A stretch of DNA of 64,000 bases. It comes from an uncultured delta proteobacterium (GTDB lineage: Bacteria > Desulfobacterota > Binatia > DP-6). The stretch spans positions 352,001-416,000 of the forward strand of contig CAWFFN010000005.1 in assembly GCA_963815115.1 (NCBI GenBank), in the 5' to 3' direction. The position numbers and the translations under genes were made by a program. Shown here piece after piece: positions 38,497-47,788 of the stretch (position 1 is the stretch's first letter; each line of letters begins with the position of its first letter). Under the pieces are notes generated by a model that saw nothing but the letters and a program-made list of their open reading frames with translations, was not told where the DNA came from and did no database searches.

Positions 38497-39731
38497 CCCT
38501 CGAACCGGCGCAGGACCAGGCAGCTGTTGTTCCCCCCGAAGGCGATCGCGTTGTTGAGCGCGACGGTGAGCGACCGCCTGCGCGCTGCGTTCGGCACGTA
38601 GTCGAGATCGCAATCCGGATCGGGCGTCTCGTAGTTCATGGTCGGCGGTACGACCCCGTGGCGCAGCGCCAGCACCGAGGTGATCGCCTCGATCGCACTC
38701 GCCGCGCCCATCGTGTGACCGATCATCGACTTGGTCGAGCTCACGCAGAGCTCGTAGGCGTGCCGCCCGAAGACCCGCTTGATGGCGCGGGTCTCCACCT
38801 TGTCGTTCACGGGCGTGCCCGTGCCGTGGGCGTTGATGTAGTCGACCTCGGCGGGCGCGATGCGCGCCGACTCGAGCGCCAGCCCGATCGCACGGCTGAT
38901 GCCGTCCCCCTCCGGGTCCGGCGCCGTCATGTGGTGGCCGTCGGCGCTGATGGCGTATCCCAGCATCTCCGCGAGAATCGGCGCGCCCCGGGTGAGGGCC
39001 CCGTCGAGGGACTCCAGCACGACGATGCCGGCGCCCTCGCCCACCAGGATGCCGCGCCTCCCGCGATCGAACGGCTGGCACCGCTCCGGCGCCACGGAGC
39101 CCAGCCGGGCGAACCCGGTGAACGCCACCCGGGAGAACGGGTCCGTCCCGCCTGCCAGCATCGCGTCCGCCCTGCCGAATCTGATGGCATCGAAGGCCCA
39201 GCCGATGCTGTAGTTCCCCGCCGCGCAGGCGGTGGGAATCATCACGTTCGGACCCGAGAGGCCGAGCCAGTGCGCGATGTGGGCGGGAATCATGGCGGCG
39301 GGATGGTGGCGCAACGTCTGCCACGGGATTGCGTCCTCGCCGTCGGAGACCCTCGCCTGGTCCGCCTGTTCGAGAATCTGGATCTCGCCGCACGTGGTCC
39401 CGACGGACACCCCGACCGTGGCCTCCTCGTTGCCGCCACCGCCGAGCCCGGCATCGGCAAGGGCCAGGTGCGTCGCGGCCACGGCCAGCTGCGAAGCGCG
39501 CCCCATCCCCGAGGGCGGCGGCGCCCCGACGATCCCTTCGAAGTCGAAGTCGTGGACCTCGCAGCCCTGGTGGACCTTGTAGCGCGAAGTGTCGAAGCGC
39601 TCGATCTCCGTCACCCCGGAGGCGCCGGACAGCGCGGCCGGCCAGAAGCGCTCGCGCCCGATCCCGATGGGGGTGACCATGCCCACACCGGTTATCACCA
39701 CGCGGCGGGCGCGCTGGCCCCCGTCGGTCAT
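38493..39731 (-). CDS. fabF: Beta-ketoacyl-ACP synthase II-like, active (KS3)
   Basis: TACAAG, AHGTGT, KSMIGH, AFGGNN. Confidence 0.9.
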   Translation of the reverse strand: MTDGGQRARRVVITGVGMVTPIGIGRERFWPAALSGASGVTEIERFDTSRYKVHQGCEVHDFDFEGIVGAPPPSGMGRASQLAVAATHLALADAGLGGGGNEEATVGVSVGTTCGEIQILEQADQARVSDGEDAIPWQTLRHHPAAMIPAHIAHWLGLSGPNVMIPTACAAGNYSIGWAFDAIRFGRADAMLAGGTDPFSRVAFTGFARLGSVAPERCQPFDRGRRGILVGEGAGIVVLESLDGALTRGAPILAEMLGYAISADGHHMTAPDPEGDGISRAIGLALESARIAPAEVDYINAHGTGTPVNDKVETRAIKRVFGRHAYELCVSSTKSMIGHTMGAASAIEAITSVLALRHGVVPPTMNYETPDPDCDLDYVPNAARRRSLTVALNNAIAFGGNNSCLVLRRFEG

Positions 39732-40195
39732 CCTGGTCGATGCTCCCGGAGCGTATCGAGCCCGCGGCGATCCACCGCCGCGAACGTCAGCTTCGCCCTG
39801 GCCACCGGCTCGCCCTCGACCAGCGCCACCCCCCGCACGATGGCGGCGGTGGAGATGACCTTCTCCGCCACGACGTCGAAGAGCAGCTGATCCCCCGGGG
39901 TGACGGGCTTCAGGAACCGCGCCTCGACCGCACCGAGCAGGAAGACCTTGTCCGCATGTTGCGGCTGGTTACCGGCTCGGAAGAGCAACAGCCCGCATTG
40001 GGCGAGGGCTTCGACCATCACGGTGCCCGGCATCAGCGCAAGATCCACGAAGTGTCCCGGGAAGAAGTACTCGTTGCCGGTGACGTTCTTGAGGCAACGG
40101 ATGCGTTTGCCTTCCTCCAGCTCGAGAACGCGGTCCACGAACAGAAACGGGTAGCGATGGGGGATCAGGCGCGTGATCTCGTCGAACGAGATCAC
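39728..40195 (-). CDS. fabZ: 3-hydroxyacyl-ACP dehydratase
   Basis: IPHRYPFLFVDRV, KNVTGNE.FFPGHF, PG..MVEALAQ, FLKPVTPGD. Confidence 0.92.
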   Translation of the reverse strand: MISFDEITRLIPHRYPFLFVDRVLELEEGKRIRCLKNVTGNEYFFPGHFVDLALMPGTVMVEALAQCGLLLFRAGNQPQHADKVFLLGAVEARFLKPVTPGDQLLFDVVAEKVISTAAIVRGVALVEGEPVARAKLTFAAVDRRGLDTLREHRPG

Positions 40196-40467
40196 AGAGC
40201 GGCCTCCAGCTTCCCTTGCTCCCGCAGCATCTCCTTCACGAGCGTGATGGCAGCGCTGAGCGTCGTCACATCGACGATGCGTTCCTCCGGCACCTCGATA
40301 CGATACTTGCGCTCGAGGGTGGCAACGATCTCGAGCGCGAGCAGCGAGTCGAGCCCGACCTCCTCGAAGAGATGGCTGTCACGCTGCGCCCACAGCTCCT
40401 CCTCCGGCTTCTCGGAGACCTCGGCCACGACCTCGGTCACGGCGCGCTCCACGTTGTCTGCGTACAT
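40192..40467 (-). CDS. Acyl carrier protein (ACP1)
   Basis: Acidic ~91-aa protein, LFEEVGLDSLLALEIV (phosphopantetheine Ser); GGAGG RBS. Confidence 0.9.
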   Translation of the reverse strand: MYADNVERAVTEVVAEVSEKPEEELWAQRDSHLFEEVGLDSLLALEIVATLERKYRIEVPEERIVDVTTLSAAITLVKEMLREQGKLEAAL

Positions 40468-40604
40468 CACCGTGCTTGACCTCCTCAGCCTCTGCCCGCT
40501 GATTCGACCTGCGACATGCCCGCAGAGTGCGTCCCTCTCGGAACCCACGTGTGGCGTGCGGACCCCGAATGGTCTGTGCGTGTCGCCTTGGAACCGGCCC
40601 GTCT

Positions 40605-40680
40605 CCGTTAACCCGCGATCCACGCATGGTCAAGCAGTTCTCGATTTTCTGGAACGACCCCAAACTTGGAGTGTCTCTAA
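40605..40680 (-). promoter_or_regulatory. Putative internal promoter (TTGACC-N17-TAACGG) with upstream imperfect palindromes
   Basis: TTGGAG-TGT-CTCTAA (40666-40680) and a weaker copy (40649-40663) lie just upstream of the -35-like box, ahead of ACP1. Confidence 0.35.
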
Positions 40681-41312
40681 GAACGTGCCCCCGTCCGCCG
40701 GCGCTGCGGGCGGCGATCGGTCGTGTCGATCGCGGACGGGGCGACACCCGACAGGAAGATGGCCGCACCACGGTGCAGGCGCTCGGTGAGCGGCTGACCG
40801 CCGTCGCCGTGCAGCCATCGCAAGATGATGGCGTAGTAGGTCCCGATGAAGATGTCCGCCAGCTCGTGCGGATCGTATTCGGTGCTGACCTCGCCCCGGC
40901 GCTGCCCCTCGTGCAAGAGCGCCGCGCTCAGGTCGGAAAGGATGCGTTCGGCACGCACGTTGCCGAAGTTCAGAGCGCTCCGGGTGAACAGCGTGCGGTA
41001 GAACCGCTTGTCGGCCTGCAGCCCCCGCCCCATCGCCTCGAGCAGGCGCCTCACCTTCTCCGCCGTGGGGGCGTCCCGCCGCGCCTCGTGCTCGAGCATC
41101 TCCTGGTATCGCCCCACGGTGTCCTCGGCAGCCTGCTGCAGGATGGCGTCCTTGCTCGGGAAATAGTTGAAGAACGTCGCCTGGCTGATCTCCAGCTGTC
41201 CGATGATGTCGTCGATCGTCACCTCGTCGAACCCACGCTCCATGAAGAGCTGGATCGCGTTGGCGAGGATCTTACCGCGCAGCTTGTTCTTCTTCTCGGC
41301 CCGTAAGCCCAT
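40677..41312 (-). CDS. TetR/AcrR family regulator embedded in the cluster
   Basis: LRAEKKNKLRGKIL..AIQLF..GFDEVTIDDI..ISQATFFNYFPSKD. Confidence 0.92.
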   Translation of the reverse strand: MGLRAEKKNKLRGKILANAIQLFMERGFDEVTIDDIIGQLEISQATFFNYFPSKDAILQQAAEDTVGRYQEMLEHEARRDAPTAEKVRRLLEAMGRGLQADKRFYRTLFTRSALNFGNVRAERILSDLSAALLHEGQRRGEVSTEYDPHELADIFIGTYYAIILRWLHGDGGQPLTERLHRGAAIFLSGVAPSAIDTTDRRPQRRRTGARS

Positions 41313-41354
41313 TTTCGCCTTCCGTGGTTCTCCGCCCGCGAGCGATCGCCCGAA

Positions 41355-42599
41355 TCACGGCTCGAACCGTCGCACGACGAGCGTCGAGTTGTTTCCTCCG
41401 AAGGCGAAGGAGTTGCTCAGTGCCGTCCGGATCTCCTGGCTGCGGCTCGCGTTCGGCACGTAGTCGAGGTCGCAGTCGGGATCGGGCACGTCGTAGTGCA
41501 GGGTCGGGGGAACCACCCCTCTCCGCACCGCGAGACAGCAGATGGCCGCCTCGAGCGCAGCCGATGCCCCGGCGGTGTGGCCCACGATGGACTTCGTCGA
41601 GCTCACCGGGATCGCGTGGGCGCGCGCGCCGCACACCCGTTTGATGGCGAGGGTCTCGATGTGGTCGTTCAGGTACGTCCCGGTCCCGTGGGCATTGATG
41701 TAGTCGACCTCGTCCACGCCGATTCCCGCGTCGTCCAGCGCCCGCTGCATCGCCAGCGCCATGCCGTGGCCGTCCGGATCGGGCGACGTGATGTGGTGCG
41801 CGTCGCAGCTGGCACCGAACCCGGCGATCTCCGCAAGCGGCTCCGCCCCGCGGGCGACGGCGGAGCGGAGCGTCTCGAGGACCAGGAAGGCGGCCCCGAT
41901 GCCCGGGGTGAACCCCATGCGCTCCTTGGTGAACGGCCTGCACGGCTGCGGATCGATCACCCCGAGGCGATATGCCCCGACCAGCCCGGATGCCTGGATG
42001 GCCTCCCACCCTCCCGCCAGCATGCAGTCGGCCTGCCCGGTGCGCAGCAGGTCGACCGCGTGCCCGAGGGCGAAGTTGCTCGAGGCGCACGCCAGGGAGA
42101 ACACCATGCTCGGACCACGCAGCCCGAAGCGGCGGGTCAGCAGCCGTGCCACCGCGGGAAACGGATAGGCGGCGAGCGTCCCGGCGGGCAGGTCGGGGAG
42201 CCCCCCGGCGCGGCGGCGGCGCACGAGCTGCTCGAGGAGGCCGAGCTGGCCGAAGTTGCTCCCCAGCGAGAGCCCCACGGCCGCCCCGTCGCGTTCGAGA
42301 CCGGCGTCCCGCAGCGCCTCTCGGGCGGCGATCACGGGTTGGGCCGCGAAGAGCTCACCATCGGCGAGCGCCACGTCGTGCGCGGACGCGTAGGCGTCGA
42401 TCTCCTCGATCGCGGGTGCCCCCACGTATCCGGTGTACTCGCCCGGGTCGAAGCCGTAGCGCGCGAACGTGGCCGCGAGCTCCGCCGCCGGTCGCAAGCT
42501 CGTCCTGCCCTCCACGATGGCGTTCCAGAGCGGCGCCTGCCCGATCCCGGCGGGCGAGACGATGCCCATTCCCGTCACGATGATGGGTTGGCCGTCCAT
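41355..42599 (-). CDS. fabF: Beta-ketoacyl-ACP synthase II-like, active (KS1)
   Basis: LACASS, AHGTGT, KSIVGH, NSFAFGGNN. Confidence 0.88.
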   Translation of the reverse strand: MDGQPIIVTGMGIVSPAGIGQAPLWNAIVEGRTSLRPAAELAATFARYGFDPGEYTGYVGAPAIEEIDAYASAHDVALADGELFAAQPVIAAREALRDAGLERDGAAVGLSLGSNFGQLGLLEQLVRRRRAGGLPDLPAGTLAAYPFPAVARLLTRRFGLRGPSMVFSLACASSNFALGHAVDLLRTGQADCMLAGGWEAIQASGLVGAYRLGVIDPQPCRPFTKERMGFTPGIGAAFLVLETLRSAVARGAEPLAEIAGFGASCDAHHITSPDPDGHGMALAMQRALDDAGIGVDEVDYINAHGTGTYLNDHIETLAIKRVCGARAHAIPVSSTKSIVGHTAGASAALEAAICCLAVRRGVVPPTLHYDVPDPDCDLDYVPNASRSQEIRTALSNSFAFGGNNSTLVVRRFEP

Positions 42600-42609
42600 C
42601 CGGCTCCTG

Positions 42610-43344
42610 TCATTCGAGAAGATCGACGAGCTTCTTCTTCACGAGCGGGCGCGAGACCAGCGAGGCGAACAGCTTCGCCTCACGCTCCGCGTCCACCTCG
42701 TTCACCAGCTCCAGGGCGGCGAGGGCCGCAGCCGGCTCCGCGCGCGCGATCGCGCCTGCCAGCCTGCGCGTCTCCTCGGCCACCTGATCCGGTGCGACGC
42801 ACCGGTTGACGAGCCCGATGCGATGAGCCTCCGGCGCGCTGACCGTCTGCCCGCTCAGGATCATCTCGAGCGCCTTCGCGCGTCCGACGAGCCGCGCCAG
42901 GCGGCCGATGCCGCCCAGAGCCGGCACGAAGCCGAGCGACAGCTCGGGAAACCCGAAGCGCGCCCGGCTTCCGCACACGCGCAGGTGGCAGGCGAGCGCG
43001 ATCTCGAGTCCCCCGCCGAGGCAGAGCCCGTTGACGGCCGCGATGAACGGCTTCGGGAGGCCGAAGAACTCGTCGAGCAGCGCGCGGCCGGCCCGGGCCT
43101 GTCGCTCCGCCTCGTCGGCGGACGGAAAGCGTGCGATCGCACTCAGGTCGCCGCCGACGGAGAACACCCGGGGCAGGCCGGTGACGATGACGACGCGCAC
43201 GGTGCTCGCGGCGACGATCGGCCGCGCCTCCTCGAGCTGCGCGAAGAGCGCCGGGGTCAGCGCATTCACGGGCGGGTTGTCGAGCCGCACGACGGCCGTG
43301 CTGCCCTCGACCACCGTCTCGACCAGCCTCCGCGGATCAGCCAT
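42610..43344 (-). CDS. Enoyl-CoA hydratase (crotonase)
   Basis: DNPPVNAL, FSVGGDL, CLGGGLE, PELSLG. Confidence 0.88.
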   Translation of the reverse strand: MADPRRLVETVVEGSTAVVRLDNPPVNALTPALFAQLEEARPIVAASTVRVVIVTGLPRVFSVGGDLSAIARFPSADEAERQARAGRALLDEFFGLPKPFIAAVNGLCLGGGLEIALACHLRVCGSRARFGFPELSLGFVPALGGIGRLARLVGRAKALEMILSGQTVSAPEAHRIGLVNRCVAPDQVAEETRRLAGAIARAEPAAALAALELVNEVDAEREAKLFASLVSRPLVKKKLVDLLE

Positions 43345-44506
43345 CGTCCCTGCGCACGCGCTCCAGCAGGGAGCGCGTGGGTTGGTAGCGACCGCCGAGG
43401 CTCGCCTCCAGCGCGGCCAACCTGGGCTCCAGGAGCGTCGGGTCGAGCTCCCGGATCTTCTCGAGCGGGCCCTCGTCCGTTCCGACGACCTCGCGCAGGA
43501 TGGCGTCGATCTCGTCGCGCTCGCCCAGACCCTGGGTGAGACAGCAGAGATACTCGTCGATGAGTCGCAGCCAGATCCGCCCGGGGATGTCCTCTCCCGG
43601 CTCGGGCCGCGGCGCGACGTCCGATTCCGCGAGCAGGGCGAGCAGACGCGGGTTCGCTCCCCGACCCCGGTCTCCGTACAGGAAGATCCCGCTCTTGCTC
43701 TTCCGTCCCAGGTGGCCCTCGGCGCGCAGCGTGCTCAGGATGCGGCGGACGCCGCCGTCGTCGGCGGCCAGCGAGGATCCCTCCCCGGTGAAGACGTCGA
43801 GGGCGACGTCGATGCCGACGAGATCGAGTGTCGACAGCGGGCCCAGCGACATCCCCGCGTCCGTCATCTGCGCGTCGACGGCGGCAGGGGCGGCGCCTCC
43901 CGCGCACACGGCCAGGCCCTCCGCGATGTAGCCCGCGAGGAGGCGATTCACGACCGAGCGCCGGACCACGAAGGGGCGCTTGCCGAGCGAGCGACACCAG
44001 GCCGCGATGTCCGCCACCGCCGACGGCGCCGTCCGCGAAGCGGGAATGATCTCGACCACCGTGGTCAGCCTGACGGGCGCGAGGAAGTGCGTGCCGACGA
44101 AACGCGCCGCGGCGGGAAGACCGTCGCCGAGCACCTCCAACGAGAGCTCGGACGTGGTCGAGGTCAGGATGGTGCGCTCGGGACAGGCGCGCGACAGCTC
44201 CGAGAGGACCCGGCGCTTGGCGGTCGGATCCTCCGCGACCGCTTCCACGGCGATGTCGACGTCCCGAAAGTCGGAAAGGTCCTGCGTGACGCGTACCCGA
44301 TCGAGGAGCTCCGCCACCGTCGAGGCCGCCAGCCGGCCGTGGTCGCGTCGCCGCTCCAGCCGCCGGCGGACCCCGGCCCGGAAGGCCGCGCCCGATTCGG
44401 GCCGCCGCGCGAACAGCGTGAGCGGCATGCCCCGGTCGGCCAGCAGATCCGCGAGACCGCCGCCGATCTGTCCGAGGCCGACGATCCCCACCCGCTGCCT
44501 AGTCAA
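43337..44506 (-). CDS. 3-hydroxyacyl-CoA dehydrogenase family protein
   Basis: GIVGLGQIGGG, VEAVAED...K, GTHFLAP..VVEII, VVNRLL, GPLSTLDLVGID; TTG start. Confidence 0.85.
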   Translation of the reverse strand: MTRQRVGIVGLGQIGGGLADLLADRGMPLTLFARRPESGAAFRAGVRRRLERRRDHGRLAASTVAELLDRVRVTQDLSDFRDVDIAVEAVAEDPTAKRRVLSELSRACPERTILTSTTSELSLEVLGDGLPAAARFVGTHFLAPVRLTTVVEIIPASRTAPSAVADIAAWCRSLGKRPFVVRRSVVNRLLAGYIAEGLAVCAGGAAPAAVDAQMTDAGMSLGPLSTLDLVGIDVALDVFTGEGSSLAADDGGVRRILSTLRAEGHLGRKSKSGIFLYGDRGRGANPRLLALLAESDVAPRPEPGEDIPGRIWLRLIDEYLCCLTQGLGERDEIDAILREVVGTDEGPLEKIRELDPTLLEPRLAALEASLGGRYQPTRSLLERVRRDDG

Positions 44507-44825
44507 TCTCGACCTCGCCCCGGAGGATCCGCGTGATCAGGTCGATCAGCTCTCCCAGCGTCTCCACCGGGTTGCGGCGCCCGAAGCGCGCCAGCTTCCG
44601 GGTGTCGACCGTGATCTCGTACTGTCCCTGGAGCTCCTCGAACAGGGCGAGGAAGAGCAGCGAATCGAGCCCGAGATCGTCGAACAGGTGCGCCTCGTCG
44701 CGCATCTCGGCGATGTCGCGTTCCAGCTCGTCGGCGAGGAAGCGCTTCACCTGCGCGCTCACCTGCGCACGCTCCGCGGAGCGCGCGGGGCCGCCGACGT
44801 ACGTCGAGCTGCTCTCGTCCGACAT
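44499..44825 (-). CDS. Acyl carrier protein (ACP2)
   Basis: LFDDLGLDSLLFL motif; AGGAGG RBS before ATG 44825. Confidence 0.85.
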   Translation of the reverse strand: MSDESSSTYVGGPARSAERAQVSAQVKRFLADELERDIAEMRDEAHLFDDLGLDSLLFLALFEELQGQYEITVDTRKLARFGRRNPVETLGELIDLITRILRGEVEID

Positions 44826-44841
44826 GGGTCCTCCTGCGCGT

Positions 44842-46065
44842 CTACTGGAGCGACTCGCTCCTCCTGACGACGAGGCTCGCGGCGCGGTCGCAGTCGAAGC
44901 TGTTGACGACCGCGGTCCGGACCGCATGGGGCACGCTGCGACCGCGCACGTGCGCCGGCACGATGCAGTCCGGGTCCTCGTCCTCGCAGTTCACGGTCGG
45001 CGGAACGCGGTCGTGCTGGGCGGCGAGCAGACAGGCGACGACCTGGAGCATGCCGGAGGCGGCGCCGGCATCGCCGAGCATCGACTTGATGGCGCTGGTG
45101 CGAAGTCGGCGCGGCTCGGCGGCGAACAGCCGCCGGAGCGCCATGGCTTCACCGCGATCGCCGGACGGGGACGAGCCGGCGCCGGCCGCGACCCAGTCGA
45201 CCTCGTCGGCACCGGTGCCGGCCGCCGCCAGAGCCCGCTGCATTGCCTCGGCGATGGCCTCTGCCGTCGCGAGGACCTCCTCGCCCGTCTCGACGGGCAC
45301 GCTGCCGTACCCCGCGACCTCGCCGTACACCCGGGCACCGCGGCCCCGCGCGGCCTCGGCGCTCTCGAGGACGAGGACTCCGCAGCCCTCGGCGAGGATG
45401 AGCCCGCGCCGCCGCCGGTCGAACGGACGCGGCGCCATGGTGTCTCCGAGCACGCCCGTGCGCCAGAACCCCTCGACGAGGGGCGGAGACAGCACCTCGA
45501 GGCCGCCGACCAGGAGGGCGCGGGCGCGCCCGCAGCGCAGCGCGGTGAGTCCGTGCTGGAGCGCGTCCAGCGACGAGGTGGCGCCGTTGGTCACGGTCGT
45601 GTTGAGACCCCGGATGCCGAAGCGAATCGCCAGATTGCCGCCGGCGATGTTGATGAACAGGTTGGGAAAGCGCAGCGCATTCGTGCGCTCGCCCGGCGAG
45701 AGCAGGCTCTCGTAGAAGCCGACGCAGTCCCCGACGTTGCTGAAGCTCGATGCGACCACCACCCCGATGTCCTCGGCCGCGTCGGGAGAGATCTCCAGGC
45801 GTGCGTCCCGCCGCGCGAGCTCGGCCGTGCACAGGAGGAGCCGGGTCGCGTCGTTCAGGTACTTGAGCCCTTTCGACCCGATGATGTCCTCGGGCCGGAA
45901 CTCGCCGAGCTGCCCCGCGTAGCGATAGGCCTCGGGCAGCGCCTCGAGCCCTGCGATCGGCCTCACGGCGAGCCGACCTTCGGCCAGACCGTCCCAGAAG
46001 GCGTCGCGACCGACGCCGAGCGGACTGATCACTCCGATGCCCGAGATCACGACGCGGTCACCCAT
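44842..46065 (-). CDS. Ketosynthase-like protein lacking the catalytic triad (CLF-like, KS2)
   Basis: TNGATSS at the Cys site, AAGAGSS at the HGTGT site, KSMLGD at the second His. Confidence 0.85.
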   Translation of the reverse strand: MGDRVVISGIGVISPLGVGRDAFWDGLAEGRLAVRPIAGLEALPEAYRYAGQLGEFRPEDIIGSKGLKYLNDATRLLLCTAELARRDARLEISPDAAEDIGVVVASSFSNVGDCVGFYESLLSPGERTNALRFPNLFINIAGGNLAIRFGIRGLNTTVTNGATSSLDALQHGLTALRCGRARALLVGGLEVLSPPLVEGFWRTGVLGDTMAPRPFDRRRRGLILAEGCGVLVLESAEAARGRGARVYGEVAGYGSVPVETGEEVLATAEAIAEAMQRALAAAGTGADEVDWVAAGAGSSPSGDRGEAMALRRLFAAEPRRLRTSAIKSMLGDAGAASGMLQVVACLLAAQHDRVPPTVNCEDEDPDCIVPAHVRGRSVPHAVRTAVVNSFDCDRAASLVVRRSESLQ

Positions 46066-46068
46066 GGA

Positions 46069-47436
46069 TCAGTACCGCTCCCGCTCGTCCACGAGGCGGC
46101 GCAGCTTGCGCTCCTGGAGCAGCGCCCCGCGCGGCACCGCGGTGAACCGGAGGTCGAAGAGCCCGAGCTGGTAGTCCTTCCACGTGGTCTCGAACTTCGC
46201 GCGCAGCACGTCCTTGAACCGCTGGGCGACCTCTGCCACGTCGCCGCCGTCGAGCTCGAGCCGCAGCTCGCACACGTCCTGGTGCCCGTCGCGCCGGATG
46301 GCCACCTGCCAGGTTCCCGACGCCTGCGGGACGTCGTTCAGGATGGCCTCGAACAGCGCGGGGTGTACCCCTTCGCCTCCCAGCATGACGATCTCGTCGC
46401 TTCGGCCCCGCAGCGGTGACAGCCGCCGCGTGACGATCCCGCAGTCGCACGGCTCGGAGACGAGCCTGGCGACGTCGCCCACGCGGTAGCGGATGAGCGG
46501 CATGGTGGTGCGATCGAGCGTGGTGAAGACCACTTCGCCATTGCCGTCCGCGTCCGGGTCGACGATCTCGAAGAGGAAGCTGAACTCGTTCAGGTGGTAT
46601 CCGGACCGGAACCGGCACTCCATCCCACCGGCTCCTTCCGTGCACCCGTAGCACATGAACATGCGGGCGCCCCAGACTTCTTCGATGAACTGCCGCGAGC
46701 GTTGCGGCAGGCCCTCGCTGGCGCCGACGATCAGCCGCAGCGGCGAGGCCCCCTGCTCACGCGCCAGCTGGGTGAGGCGGAGGATCCACGACACGTCGCC
46801 GATCAGCACGTCGTAGCGATGCTCGGCCAGACGCCGGTAGACCTCGGCAGGGGGAATCTTGCCGGGAAAGGCGCCGAAGGCACCGAGCTTGGTGACGGCG
46901 CGGGCGAACCAGGGACCGCCGTTCCAGTAGTGGTAGTCCGAGGTGCTGATCACACGGTCGCTCGGGCGAATCCCGACGTGATAGAGGCCAACGGCCATGA
47001 GGCTGGTCGCCGCCTCCACCTCTTCGTGCGAGTAGTATATCGTCTTCCTGCGCTGGGCCGTGCCGCTGGTCTCGTAGAGCACCTGGGGAGGTCGGCAGAG
47101 GAAGTCTTCCGCCGGATGGTCGAGGAGATCCTGCGGCGTCGTGAACAGGTCGCCCAGCTCGGCCGGATGCGACACGGTCGCCGGGTCGACGCCGTGGCGC
47201 TGGAAGAGCCGCCGGTAGAACGGCGAGTGGCGGGCGGCGTGGAGCAGCGTCCGCCGGAGCTTCCAGGCCTGGATGCTGTGCAACGTCGCCGGCGAGCTGG
47301 CGCGTGCGGCGAGGCGGTAGGCGGCCTCGACGGACCGTCCGTTGACCAGGCTCGCCACCGTGCTGGCCACCCCGCCGACGATCCAGTGTCGCCACATGGG
47401 CTCTCCACGCCGCGCCGGCGCGGGCTGGGCGGTCAT
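46069..47436 (-). CDS. Phenylacetate-CoA ligase (PaaK)-like adenylating enzyme
   Basis: SPFYRR, ETSGT, YGCTE, GEVVFTTL...MPLIRYRVGD, GRSDE; alternative start at 47397. Confidence 0.85.
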   Translation of the reverse strand: MTAQPAPARRGEPMWRHWIVGGVASTVASLVNGRSVEAAYRLAARASSPATLHSIQAWKLRRTLLHAARHSPFYRRLFQRHGVDPATVSHPAELGDLFTTPQDLLDHPAEDFLCRPPQVLYETSGTAQRRKTIYYSHEEVEAATSLMAVGLYHVGIRPSDRVISTSDYHYWNGGPWFARAVTKLGAFGAFPGKIPPAEVYRRLAEHRYDVLIGDVSWILRLTQLAREQGASPLRLIVGASEGLPQRSRQFIEEVWGARMFMCYGCTEGAGGMECRFRSGYHLNEFSFLFEIVDPDADGNGEVVFTTLDRTTMPLIRYRVGDVARLVSEPCDCGIVTRRLSPLRGRSDEIVMLGGEGVHPALFEAILNDVPQASGTWQVAIRRDGHQDVCELRLELDGGDVAEVAQRFKDVLRAKFETTWKDYQLGLFDLRFTAVPRGALLQERKLRRLVDERERY

Positions 47437-47783
47437 CGGGGCGACCCCCGCTCCCAGTAGTTGACGGTTGCCGTGGCGAGCGCGAGGGCGTCGCCGAGCG
47501 CGCACCGCTCCGAGCGCAGGACCGCGACCCACTCGGGCCGGAAGGTCCGATCACCCGGCCCGAACCGCTCCCAGACCGCGGTCATGCGCTCGGCCGTCGC
47601 GTCCGACTCGGCCTCGACGAGGTCGTCCCGCTCGGCCACGAGCTGGAGCCCGCGGATCGCCTCGTCGATCTGCAGCAGCTCGGCCTGCGCGAGCGCGCCG
47701 GCGCGCATCGCGGCCAGGCAGATCAGCGCAAAGAGCACGAGGTCGTGCTCGCCCTGCGCGGCGGCCTGATCGCGATTCGGCAT
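47433..47783 (-). CDS. Hypothetical protein (116 aa) in the cluster
   Basis: Fills the gap between MIPS and the ligase, with an ATGA overlap onto the ligase; no recognisable motif. Confidence 0.6.
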   Translation of the reverse strand: MPNRDQAAAQGEHDLVLFALICLAAMRAGALAQAELLQIDEAIRGLQLVAERDDLVEAESDATAERMTAVWERFGPGDRTFRPEWVAVLRSERCALGDALALATATVNYWERGSPR

Positions 47784-47788
47784 GTCGC

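Noticed and set aside
27937-46065. Polyketide beta-branching cassette (KS0 + two crotonases + ACP)
   Set aside because: No HMG-CoA synthase-like gene is present. The inactive KSs lack both His residues (unlike Cys->Ser KS0), and both crotonases keep two Glu like ordinary hydratases.
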